64,000 nucleotides of DNA from Auanema rhodensis (lineage: Eukaryota; Animalia; Nematoda). Where the stretch lies: assembly GCA_964057225.1 (NCBI GenBank), contig OZ059894.1, positions 5,332,001 through 5,396,000 of the forward strand, given 5' to 3'. The translations under genes were made by a program, and so were the position numbers. Below the pieces are notes generated by a model, which saw only the letters and a program-made list of their open reading frames with translations, had not been told where the DNA came from and did not search any database. Every line of letters begins with the position of its first letter. Position 1 is the first letter of the stretch. Below, piece after piece: positions 27,957 through 41,300 of the stretch.

Positions 27957-30900
27957 ATGCTAATTAAGTGTACACATGATGTGCACTTGGTATGTAACTC
28001 GCTTCACGTCAATGATAAAGAGATGCGGTTTTCAAAATTAGATTCCTCATGTCCATATAAGTCTAAAAACGAATTTTTATCGATATTGATGCATGGTAAC
28101 CATGACTTCGAAATTTACGTGAACTTTAATTTATGCTTATTAAGTGTACATGTGATGTGCACTTGGTATGTAACTCGCTTCACGTCAAAGATAAAGAGAT
28201 GCGGTTTTCAAAATAAGATTCCCCATGTCCATATTAGTCTAAAAACAAATTTTTATTAATATTGGTGCATGGTAACCATGACTTTGAAATTTACGTGAAC
28301 TTTAATTTATGCTAATTAAGTATACACGTGATGTGCACTTGGTATGTAACTCGTTTCACGTGAAAGATGAAGAGATGCGGTTTTCAAAATTAGATTCCCC
28401 ATGTCCATATTAGTCTAAAAACAAATTTTTGTTGATATTGGTGGATGGTAACCATGACTTTGAAATTTACGTGAACTTTAATTTATGCTAATTAAGTGTA
28501 CACGTGATGTGCACTTGGTATGTAACTCGTTTCACGTGAAAGATGAAGAGATGCGGTTTTCAAAATTAGATTCCCCATGTCCATATTAGTCTAAAAACAA
28601 ATTTTTATTGATATTGGTGCATGGCAACCATGACTTTAAAATTTACGTGAACTTTAATTTATGCTAATTAAGTGTACACATGATGTGCACTTGGTATGTA
28701 ACTCGCTTCACGTCAATGATAAAGAGATGCGGTTTTCAAAATTAGATTCCTCATGTCCATATAAGTCTAAAAACGAATTTTTATCGATATTGATGCATGG
28801 TAACCATGACTTCGAAATTTACGTGAACTTTAATTTATGCTTATTAAGTGTACATGTGATGTGCACTTGGTATGTAACTCGCTTCACGTCAAAGATAAAG
28901 AGATGCGGTTTTCAAAATAAGATTCCCCATGTCCATATTAGTCTAAAAACAAATTTTTATTAATATTGGTGCATGGTAACCATGACTTTGAAATTTACGT
29001 GAACTTTAATTTATGCTAATTAAGTATACACGTGATGTGCACTTGGTATGTAACTCGTTTCACGTGAAAGATGAAGAGATGCGGTTTTCAAAATTAGATT
29101 CCCCATGTCCATATTAGTCTAAAAACAAATTTTTGTTGATATTGGTGGATGGTAACCATGACTTTGAAATTTACGTGAACTTTAATTTATGCTAATTAAG
29201 TGTACACGTGATGTGCACTTGGTATGTAACTAGCTTCACGTGAAAGATGAAGAGATGCGGGTTTCAAAATTAGATTCCCCATGTCCATATTAGTCTAAAA
29301 ACAACTTTTGTTGATATTGGTGGATGGTAACCATGACTTTCAAATTTACGTGAACTTTAATTTATGCTAATTAAGTGTACACATGATGTGCACTTGGTAT
29401 GTAACTCGCTTCACGTCAATGATAAAGAGATACGGTTTTCAAAATTAGATTCCTCATGTCCATATAAGTCTAGAAACGAATTTTTATTAATATTGGTGCA
29501 TGGTAACCATGACTTTGAAATTTACGTGAACTTTAATTTATGCTAATTAAGTGTACACGTGATGTGCACTTGGTATGTAACTCGCTTCACGTGGAAGATA
29601 AAGGGATGCGGTTTTCAAAATTACATTCCCCATGTCCATAATAGTCTAAACACAAATTTTTATTGATATTGGTGCATGGTAACCATGACTTCGAAATTTA
29701 CGTGAACTTTAATTTATGCTTATTAAGTGTACACATGATGTGCGCTTGGTACGTAACTCGCTTCACGTGAAAGATAAAGAGATGCGGTTTTCAAAATTAG
29801 ATTCCCCATGTCCATATTAGTCTAAAAACAAATTTTTATTAATATTGGTGCATGGTAACCATGACTTTGAAATTTACGTGAACTTTAATTTATGCTAATT
29901 AAGTATACACGTGATGTGCACTTGGTATGTAACTCGCTTCACGTGAAAGATAAAGAGATGCGGTTTTCAAAATTAGATTCCCCATGTCCATATTAGTCTA
30001 AAAACAAATTTTTATTAATATTGGTGCATGGCAACCATGACTTTAAAATTTACGTGAACTTTAATTTATGCTAATTAAGTGTACACATGATGTGCACTTG
30101 GTATGTAACTCGCTTCACGTCAATGATAAAGAGATGCGGTTTTCAAAATTAGATTCCTCATGTCCATATAAGTCTAAAAACGAATTTTTATCGATATTGA
30201 TGCATGGTAACCATGACTTCGAAATTTACGTGAACTTTAATTTATGCTTATTAAGTGTACATGTGATGTGCACTTGGTATGTAACTCGCTTCACGTCAAA
30301 GATAAAGAGATGCGGTTTTCAAAATAAGATTCCCCATGTCCATATTAGTCTAAAAACAAATTTTTATTAATATTGGTGCATGGTAACCATGACTTTGAAA
30401 TTTACGTGAACTTTAATTTATGCTAATTAAGTATACACGTGATGTGCACTTGGTATGTAACTCGTTTCACGTGAAAGATGAAGAGATGCGGTTTTCAAAA
30501 TTAGATTCCCCATGTCCATACTAGTCTAAAAACAAATTTTTGTTGATATTGGTGGATGGTAACCATGACTTTGAAATTTACGTGAACTTTAATTTATGCT
30601 AATTAAGTGTACACGTGATGTGCACTTGGTATGTAACTAGCTTCACGTGAAAGATGAAGAGATGCGGGTTTCAAAATTAGATTCCCCATGTCCATATTAG
30701 TCTAAAAACAACTTTTGTTGATATTGGTGGATGGTAACCATGACTTTCAAATTTACGTGAACTTTAATTTATGCTAATTAAGTGTACACATGATGTGCAC
30801 TTGGTATGTAACTCGCTTCACGTCAATGATAAAGAGATACGGTTTTCAAAATTAGATTCCTCATGTCCATATAAGTCTAGAAACGAATTTTTATTAATAT

Positions 30901-32700
30901 TGGTGCATGGTAACCATGACTTTGAAATTTACGTGAACTTTAATTTATGCTAATTAAGTGTACACGTGATGTGCACTTGGTATGTAACTCGCTTCACGTG
31001 GAAGATAAAGGGATGCGGTTTTCAAAATTACATTCCCCATGTCCATAATAGTCTAAACACAAATTTTTATTGATATTGGTGCATGGTAACCATGACTTCG
31101 AAATTTACGTGAACTTTAATTTATGCTTATTAAGTGTACACATGATGTGCGCTTGGTACGTAACTCGCTTCACGTGAAAGATAAAGAGATGCGGTTTTCA
31201 AAATTAGATTCCCCATGTCCATATTAGTCTAAAAACAAATTTGTATTGATATTGGTGCATGGCAACCATGACTTTAAAATTTACGTGAACTTTCATTTAT
31301 GCTAATTAAGTGTACACATGATGTGCACTTGGTATGTAACTCGCTTCACGTGAAAGATAAAGAGATGCGGTTTTCAAAATAGATTCCCCATTTCCATATA
31401 AGTCTAAAAACGAATTTTTATCGATATTGATGCATGGTAACCATGACTTCGAAATTTACGTGAACTTTAATTTATGCTTATTAAGTGTACATGTGATGTG
31501 CACTTGGTATGTAACTCGCTTCACGTCAAAGATAAAGAGATGCGGTTTTCAAAATAAGATTCCCCATGTCCATATTAGTCTAAAAACAAATTTTTATTAA
31601 TATTGGTGCATGGTAACCATGACTTTGAAATTTACGTGAACTTTAATTTATGCTAATTAAGTATACACGTGATGTGCACTTGGTATGTAACTCGTTTCAC
31701 GTGAAAGATGAAGAGATGCGGTTTTCAAAATTAGATTCCCCATGTCCATATTAGTCTAAAAACAAATTTTTGTTGATATTGGTGGATGGTAACCATGACT
31801 TTGAAATTTACGTGAACTTTAATTTATGCTAATTAAGTGTACACGTGATGTGCACTTGGTATGTAACTAGCTTCACGTGAAAGATGAAGAGATGCGGGTT
31901 TCAAAATTAGATTCCCCATGTCCATATTAGTCTAAAAACAACTTTTGTTGATATTGGTGGATGGTAACCATGACTTTCAAATTTACGTGAACTTTAATTT
32001 ATGCTAATTAAGTGTACACATGATGTGCACTTGGTATGTAACTCGCTTCACGTCAATGATAAAGAGATGCGGTTTTCAAAATTAGATTCCTCATGTCCAT
32101 ATAAGTCTAGAAACGAATTTTTATTAATATTGGTGCATGGTAACCATGACTTTGAAATTTACGTGAACTTTAATTTATGCTAATTAAGTGTACACGTGAT
32201 GTGCACTTGGTATGTAACTCGCTTCACGTGGAAGATAAAGGGATGCGGTTTTCAAAATTACATTCCCCATGTCCATAATAGTCTAAACACAAATTTTTAT
32301 TGATATTGGTGCATGGTAACCATGACTTTAAATTTTACGTGAACTTTAATTTATGCTAATTAAGTGTACACATGATGTGCACATGGTATGTAACTCGCTT
32401 CACGTGAAAGATAAAGAGATGCGGTTTTCAAAATAGATTCCCCATTTCCATATTAGTCTAAAAACAAATTTTTATTGATATTGGTGCATGGCAACCATGA
32501 CTTTAAAATTTACGTGAACTTTAATTTATGCTAATTAAGTGTACACATGATGTGCACTTGGTATGTAACTCGCTTCACGTCAAAGATAAAGAGATGCGGT
32601 TTTCAAAGTTAGATTCCCCATGTCCATATTAGTCTAAAAACAAATTTTTATTAATATTGGTGCATGGTAACCATGACTTTGAAATTTACGTGAACTTTAA
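27957..32700. repeat. Short-period HOR zone (4-mer, 8-mer, 7-mer)
   Basis: 27957-28661 is 704; 28661-30068 and 29364-30771 are 1407; 30771-32001 is 1230. Private gcgggttt at 29261, 30668 and 31898. Confidence 0.85.
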
Positions 32701-33230
32701 TTTATGCTAATTAAGTGTACACATGATGTGCGCTTGGTACGTAACTCGCTTCACGTGAAAGATAAAGAGATGCGGTTTTCAAAATTAGATTCCTCATGTC
32801 CATATAAGTCTAGAAACGAATTTTTATTAATATTGGTGCATGGTAACCATGACTTTGAAATTTACGTGAACTTTAATTTATGCTAAATAAGTGTACACAT
32901 GATGTGCACTTGGTATGTAACTCGCTTCACGTGAAAGATAAAGAGATGCGGTTTTCAAAATAGATTCCCCATTTCCATATTAGTCTAAAAACAAATTTTT
33001 ATTGATATTGGTGCATGGCAACCATGACTTTAAAATTTACGTGAACTTTAATTTATGCTAATTAAGTGTACACATGATGTGCGCTTGGTACGTAACTCGC
33101 TTCACGTGAAAGATAAAGAGATGCGGTTTTCAAAATTAGATTCCCCATGTCCATATTAGTCTAAAAACAAATTTTTATTAATATTGGTGCATGGTAACCA
33201 TGACTTTGAAATTTACGTGAACTTTAATTT

Positions 33231-36200
33231 ATGCTAATTAAGTGTACACGTGATGTGCACTTGGTATGTAACTAGCTTCACGTGAAAGATGAAGAGATGC
33301 GGTTTTCAAAATTAGATTCCCCATGTCCATATTAGTCTAAAAACAAATTTTTGTTGATATTGGTGGATGGTAACCATGACTTTCAAATTTACGTGAACTT
33401 CAATTTATGCTAATTAAGTGTACACGTGATGTGCCCTTGGTATGTAACTCGCTTCACGTGAAAGATAAAGAGATGCGGTTTTCAAAATAGATTCCCCATT
33501 TCCATATTAGTCTAAAAACAAATTTTTATTGATATTGGTGCATGGCAACCATGACTTTAAAATTTACGTGAACTTTCATTTATGCTAATTAAGTGTACAC
33601 ATGATGTGCACTTGGTATGTAACTCGCTTCACGTGAAAGATAAAGAGATGAGGTTTTCAAAATAGATTCCCCATTTCCATATTAGTCTAAAAACAAATTT
33701 TTATTGATATTGGTGCATGGCAACCATGACTTTAAAATTTACGTGAACTTTAATTTATGCTAATTAAGTGTACACATGATGTGCACTTGGTATGTAACTC
33801 GCTTCACGTCAATGATAAAGAGATGCGGTTTTCAAAATTAGATTCCTCATGTCCATATAAGTCTAAAAACGAATTTTTATTGATATTGATGCATGGTAAC
33901 CATGACTTCGAAATTTACGTGAACTTTAATTTATGCTTATTAAGTGTACACATGATGTGCGCTTGGTACGTAACTCGCTTCACGTGAAAGATAAACAGAT
34001 GCGGTTTTCAAAATTAGATTCCCCATGTCCATATTAGTCTAAAAACAAATTTTTATTAATATTGGTGCATGGTAACCATGACTTTGAAATTTACGTGAAC
34101 TTTAATTTATGCTAATTAAGTGTACACATGATGTGCGCTTGGTACGTAACTCGCTTCACATGAAAGATAAAGAGATGCGGTTTTCAAAATTAGATTCCCC
34201 ATGTCCATATTAGTCTAAAAACAAATTTGTATTGATATTGGTGGATGGTAACCATGACTTTGAAATTTACGTGAACTTCAATTTATGCTAATTAAGTGTA
34301 CACGTGATGTGCCCTTGGTATGTAACTCGCTTCACGTGAAAGATAAAGAGATGCGGTTTTCAAAATTAGATTCCCCATGTCCATATTAGTCTAAAAACAA
34401 ATTTTTGTTGATATTGGTGGATGGTAACCATGACTTTCAAATTTACGTGAACTTTCATTTATGCTAATTAAGTGTACACATGATGTGCACTTGGTATGTA
34501 ACTCGCTTCACGTGAAAGATAAAGAGATGCGGTTTTCAAAATAGATTCCCCATTTCCATATTAGTCTAAAAACAAATTTTTATTGATATTGGTGCATGGC
34601 AACCATGACTTTAAAATTTACGTGAACTTTAATTTATGCTAATTAAGTGTACACATGATGTGCACTTGGTATGTAACTCGCTTCACGTCAATGATAAAGA
34701 GATGCGGTTTTCAAAATTAGATTCCTCATGTCCATATAAGTCTAAAAACGAATTTTTATCGATATTGATGCATGGTAACCATGACTTCGAAATTTACGTG
34801 AACTTTAATTTATGCTTATTAAGTGTACATGTGATGTGCACTTGGTATGTAACTCGCTTCACGTCAAAGATAAAGAGATGCGGTTTTCAAAATAAGATTC
34901 CCCATGTCCATATTAGTCTAAAAACAAATTTTTATTAATATTGGTGCATGGTAACCATGACTTTGAAATTTACGTGAACTTTAATTTATGCTAATTAAGT
35001 ATACACGTGATGTGCACTTGGTATGTAACTCGTTTCACGTGAAAGATGAAGAGATGCGGTTTTCAAAATTAGATTCCCCATGTCCATATTAGTCTAAAAA
35101 CAAATTTTTGTTGATATTGGTGGATGGTAACCATGACTTTGAAATTTACGTGAACTTTAATTTATGCTAATTAAGTGTACACGTGATGTGCACTTGGTAT
35201 GTAACTAGCTTCACGTGAAAGATGAAGAGATGCGGTTTTCAAAATTAGATTCCCCATGTCCATATTAGTCTAAAAACAACTTTTGTTGATATTGGTGGAT
35301 GGTAACCATGACTTTCAAATTTACGTGAACTTTAATTTATGCTAATTAAGTGTACACATGATGTGCACTTGGTATGTAACTCGCTTCACGTCAATGATAA
35401 AGAGATGCGGTTTTCAAAATTAGATTCCTCATGTCCATATAAGTCTAGAAACGAATTTTTATTAATATTGGTGCATGGTAACCATGACTTTGAAATTTAC
35501 GTGAACTTTAATTTATGCTAATTAAGTGTACACGTGATGTGCACTTGGTATGTAACTCGCTTCACGTGGAAGATAAAGGGATGCGGTTTTCAAAATTACA
35601 TTCCCCATGTCCATAATAGTCTAAACACAAATTTTTATTGATATTGGTGCATGGTAACCATGACTTTAAATTTTACGTGAACTTTAATTTATGCTAATTA
35701 AGTGTACACATGATGTGCACATGGTATGTAACTCGCTTCACGTGAAAGATAAAGAGATGCGGTTTTCAAAATAGATTCCCCATTTCCATATTAGTCTAAA
35801 AACAAATTTTTATTGATATTGGTGCATGGCAACCATGACTTTAAAATTTACGTGAACTTTAATTTATGCTAATTAAGTGTACACATGATGTGCACTTGGT
35901 ATGTAACTCGCTTCACGTCAAAGATAAAGAGATGCGGTTTTCAAAGTTAGATTCCCCATGTCCATATTAGTCTAAAAACAAATTTTTATTAATATTGGTG
36001 CATGGTAACCATGACTTTGAAATTTACGTGAACTTTAATTTATGCTAATTAAGTGTACACATGATGTGCGCTTGGTACGTAACTCGCTTCACGTGAAAGA
36101 TAAAGAGATGCGGTTTTCAAAATTAGATTCCTCATGTCCATATTAGTCTAAAAACAAATTTTTGTTGATATTGGTGGATGGTAACCATGACTTTGAAATT

Positions 36201-38326
36201 TACGTGAACTTTAATTTATGCTAATTAAGTGTACACGTGATGTGCACTTGGTATGTAACTAGCTTCACGTGAAAGATGAAGAGATGCGGTTTTCAAAATT
36301 AGATTCCCCATGTCCATATTAGTCTAAAAACAAATTTTTGTTGATATTGGTGGATGGTAACCATGACTTTCAAATTTACGTGAACTTCAATTTATGCTAA
36401 TTAAGTGTACACGTGATGTGCCCTTGGTATGTAACTCGCTTCACGTGAAAGATAAAGAGATGCGGTTTTCAAAATAGATTCCCCATTTCCATATTAGTCT
36501 AAAAACAAATTTTTATTGATATTGGTGCATGGCAACCATGACTTTAAAATTTACGTGAACTTTCATTTATGCTAATTAAGTGTACACATGATGTGCACTT
36601 GGTATGTAACTCGCTTCACGTGAAAGATAAAGAGATGCGGTTTTCAAAATAGATTCCCCATTTCCATATTAGTCTAAAAACAAATTTTTATTGATATTGG
36701 TGCATGGCAACCATGACTTTAAAATTTACGTGAACTTTAATTTATGCTAATTAAGTGTACACATGATGTGCACTTGGTATGTAACTCGCTTCACGTCAAT
36801 GATAAAGAGATGCGGTTTTCAAAATTAGATTCCTCATGTCCATATAAGTCTAAAAACGAATTTTTATTGATATTGATGCATGGTAACCATGACTTCGAAA
36901 TTTACGTGAACTTTAATTTATGCTTATTAAGTGTACACATGATGTGCGCTTGGTACGTAACTCGCTTCACGTGAAAGATAAAGAGATGCGGTTTTCAAAA
37001 TTAGATTCCCCATGTCCATATTAGTCTAAAAACAAATTTTTATTAATATTGGTGCATGGTAACCATGACTTTATAATTTACGTGAACTTTAATTTATGCT
37101 AATTAAGTGTACACATGATGTGCGCTTGGTACGTAACTCGCTTCACATGAAAGATAAAGAGATGCGGTTTTCAAAATTAGATTCCCCATGTCCATATTAG
37201 TCTAAAAACAAATTTGTATTGATATTGGTGGATGGTAACCATGACTTTGAAATTTACGTGAACTTCAATTTATGCTAATTAAGTGTACACGTGATGTGCC
37301 CTTGGTATGTAACTCGCTTCACGTGAAAGATAAAGAGATGCGGTTTTCAAAATTAGATTCCCCATGTCCATATTAGTCTAAAAACAAATTTTTGTTGATA
37401 TTGGTGGATGGTAACCATGACTTTCAAATTTACGTGAACTTTCATTTATGCTAATTAAGTGTACACATGATGTGCACTTGGTATGTAACTCGCTTCACGT
37501 GAAAGATAAAGAGATGCGGTTTTCAAAATAGATTCCCCATTTCCATATTAGTCTAAAAACAAATTTTTATTGATATTGGTGCATGGCAACCATGACTTTA
37601 AAATTTACGTGAACTTTAATTTATGCTAATTAAGTGTACACATGATGTGCACTTGGTATGTAACTCGCTTCACGTCAATGATAAAGAGATGCGGTTTTCA
37701 AAATTAGATTCCTCATGTCCATATAAGTCTAAAAACGAATTTTTATCGATATTGATGCATGGTAACCATGACTTCGAAATTTACGTGAACTTTAATTTAT
37801 GCTTATTAAGTGTACATGTGATGTGCACTTGGTATGTAACTCGCTTCACGTCAAAGATAAAGAGATGCGGTTTTCAAAATAAGATTCCCCATGTCCATAT
37901 TAGTCTAAAAACAAATTTTTATTAATATTGGTGCATGGTAACCATGACTTTGAAATTTACGTGAACTTTAATTTATGCTAATTAAGTATACACGTGATGT
38001 GCACTTGGTATGTAACTCGTTTCACGTGAAAGATGAAGAGATGCGGTTTTCAAAATTAGATTCCCCATGTCCATATTAGTCTAAAAACAAATTTTTGTTG
38101 ATATTGGTGGATGGTAACCATGACTTTGAAATTTACGTGAACTTTAATTTATGCTAATTAAGTGTACACGTGATGTGCACTTGGTATGTAACTAGCTTCA
38201 CGTGAAAGATGAAGAGATGCGGTTTTCAAAATTAGATTCCCCATGTCCATATTAGTCTAAAAACAAATTTTTGTTGATATTGGTGGATGGTAACCATGAC
38301 TTTGAAATTTACGTGAACTTTAATTT
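33231..38326. repeat. 17-mer HOR (2987-bp period), roughly 1.7 copies
   Basis: 33757-36744 and 34636-37623 are both 2987 (17x176 minus 5). Boundaries approximate. Confidence 0.75.
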
Positions 38327-41300
38327 ATGCTAAATAAGTGTACACATGATGTGCACTTGGTATGTAACTCGCTTCACGTCAATGATAAAGAGATGCGGTT
38401 TTCAAAATTAGATTCCTCATGTCCATATAAGTCTTAAAACAAATTTTTATTGATATTGGTGCATGGTAACCATGACTTTGAAATTTACGTGAACTTTAAT
38501 TTATGCTAATTAAGTGTACACGTGATGTGCACTTGGTATGTAACTCGCTTCACGTGGAAGATGAAGAGATGCGGTTTTCAAAATTAGATTCCTCATGTCC
38601 ATATTAGTCTAAAAACAAATTTTTGTTGATATTGGTGGATGGTAACCATGACTTTGAAATTTACGTGAACTTTAATTTATGCTAATTAAGTGTACACGTG
38701 ATGTGCACTTGGTATGTAACTAGCTTCACGTGAAAGATGAAGAGATGCGGTTTTCAAAATTAGATTCCCCATGTCCATATTAGTCTAAAAACAAATTTTT
38801 GTTGATATTGGTGGATGGTAACCATGACTTTCAAATTTACGTGAACTTCAATTTATGCTAATTAAGTGTACACGTGATGTGCACTTGGTATGTAACTTGC
38901 TTCACGTGGAAGATAAAGGGATGCGGTTTTCAAAATTACATTCCCCATGTCCATAATAGTCTAAACACAAATTTTTATTGATATTGGTGCATGGTAACCA
39001 TGACTTTAAATTTTACGTGAACTTTAATTTATGCTAATTAAGTGTACACATGATGTGCACATGGTATGTAACTCGCTTCACGTGAAAGATAAAGAGATGC
39101 GGTTTTCAAAATAGATTCCCCATTTCCATATTAGTCTAAAAACAAATTTTTATTGATATTGGTGCATGGCAACCATGACTTTAAAATTTACGTGAACTTT
39201 AATTTATGCTAATTAAGTGTACACATGATGTGCACTTGGTATGTAACTCGCTTCACGTCAAAGATAAAGAGATGCGGTTTTCAAAGTTAGATTCCCCATG
39301 TCCATATTAGTCTAAAAACAAATTTTTATTAATATTGGTGCATGGTAACCATGACTTTGAAATTTACGTGAACTTTAATTTATGCTAATTAAGTGTACAC
39401 ATGATGTGCACTTGGTACGTAACTCGCTTCACGTGAAAGATAAAGAGATGCGGTTTTCAAAATTAGATTCCTCATGTCCATATAAGTCTAGAAACAATTT
39501 TTATTAATATTGGTGCATGGTAACCATGACTTTGAAATTTACGTGAACTTTAATTTATGCTAAATAAGTGTACACGTGATGTGCACTTGGTATGTAACTC
39601 GCTTCACGTGGAAGATAAAGGGATGCGGTTTTCAAAATTACATTCCCCATGTCCATAATAGTCTAAACACAAATTTTTATTGATATTGGTGCATGGTAAC
39701 CATGACTTTAAATTTTACGTGAACTTTAATTTATGCTAATTAAGTGTACACATGATGTGCACATGGTATGTAACTCGCTTCACGTGAAAGATAAAGAGAT
39801 GCGGTTTTCAAAATAAATTCCCCATTTCCATATTAGTCTAAAAACAAATTTTTATTGATATTGGTGCATGGCAACCATGACTTTAAAATTTACGTGAACT
39901 TCAATTTATGCTAATTAAGTGTACACATGATGTGCACTTGGTATGTAACTCGCTTCACGTCAAAGATAAAGAGATGCGGTTTTCAAAGTTAGATTCCCCA
40001 TGTCCATATTAGTCTAAAAACAAATTTTTATTAATATTGGTGCTTGGTAACCATGACTTTGAAATTTACGTGAACTTTAATTTATGCTAATTAAGTGTAC
40101 ACATGATGTGCGCTTGGTACGTAACTTGCTTCACGTGAAAGATAAAGAGATGCGGTTTTCAAAATTAGATTCCCCATGTCCATATTAGTCTAAAAACAAA
40201 TTTTTATTAATATTGGTGCATGGTAACCATGACTTTGAAATTTACGTGAACTTTAATTTATGCTAATTAAGTGTACACATGATGTGCGCTTGGTACGTAA
40301 CTCGCTTCACGTGAAAGATAAAGAGATGCGGTTTTCAAAATTAGATTCCCCATGTCCATATTAGTCTGAAAACAAATTTTTATTAATATTGGTGCATGGT
40401 AACCATGACTTTGAAATTTACGTGAACTTTAATTTATGCTAATTAAGTGTACACGTGATGTGCACTTGGTATGTAACTCGCTTCACGTGGAAGATGAAGA
40501 GATGCGGTTTTCAAAATTAGATTCCTCATGTCCATATTAGTCTAAAAACAAATTTTTGTTGATATTGGTGGATGGTAACCATGACTTTGAAATTTACGTG
40601 AACTTTAATTTATGCTAATTAAGTGTACACGTGATGTGCACTTGGTATGTAACTAGCTTCACGTGAAAGATGAAGAGATGCGGTTTTCAAAATTAGATTC
40701 CCCATGTCCATATTAGTCTAAAAACAAATTTTTGTTGATATTGGTGGATGGTAACCATGACTTTCAAATTTACGTGAACTTCAATTTATGCTAATTAAGT
40801 GTACACGTGATGTGCCCTTGGTATGTAACTCGCTTCACGTGAAAGATAAAGAGATGCGGTTTTCAAAATAGATTCCCCATTTCCATATTAGTCTAAAAAC
40901 AAATTTTTATTGATATTGGTGCATGGCAACCATGACTTTAAAATTTACGTGAACTTTCATTTATGCTAATTAAGTGTACACATGATGTGCACTTGGTATG
41001 TAACTCGCTTCACGTGAAAGATAAAGAGATGCGGTTTTCAAAATAGATTCCCCATTTCCATATTAGTCTAAAAACAAATTTTTATTGATATTGGTGCATG
41101 GCAACCATGACTTTAAAATTTACGTGAACTTTAATTTATGCTAATTAAGTGTACACATGATGTGCACTTGGTATGTAACTCGCTTCACGTCAATGATAAA
41201 GAGATGCGGTTTTCAAAATTAGATTCCTCATGTCCATATAAGTCTAAAAACGAATTTTTATTGATATTGATGCATGGTAACCATGACTTCGAAATTTACG

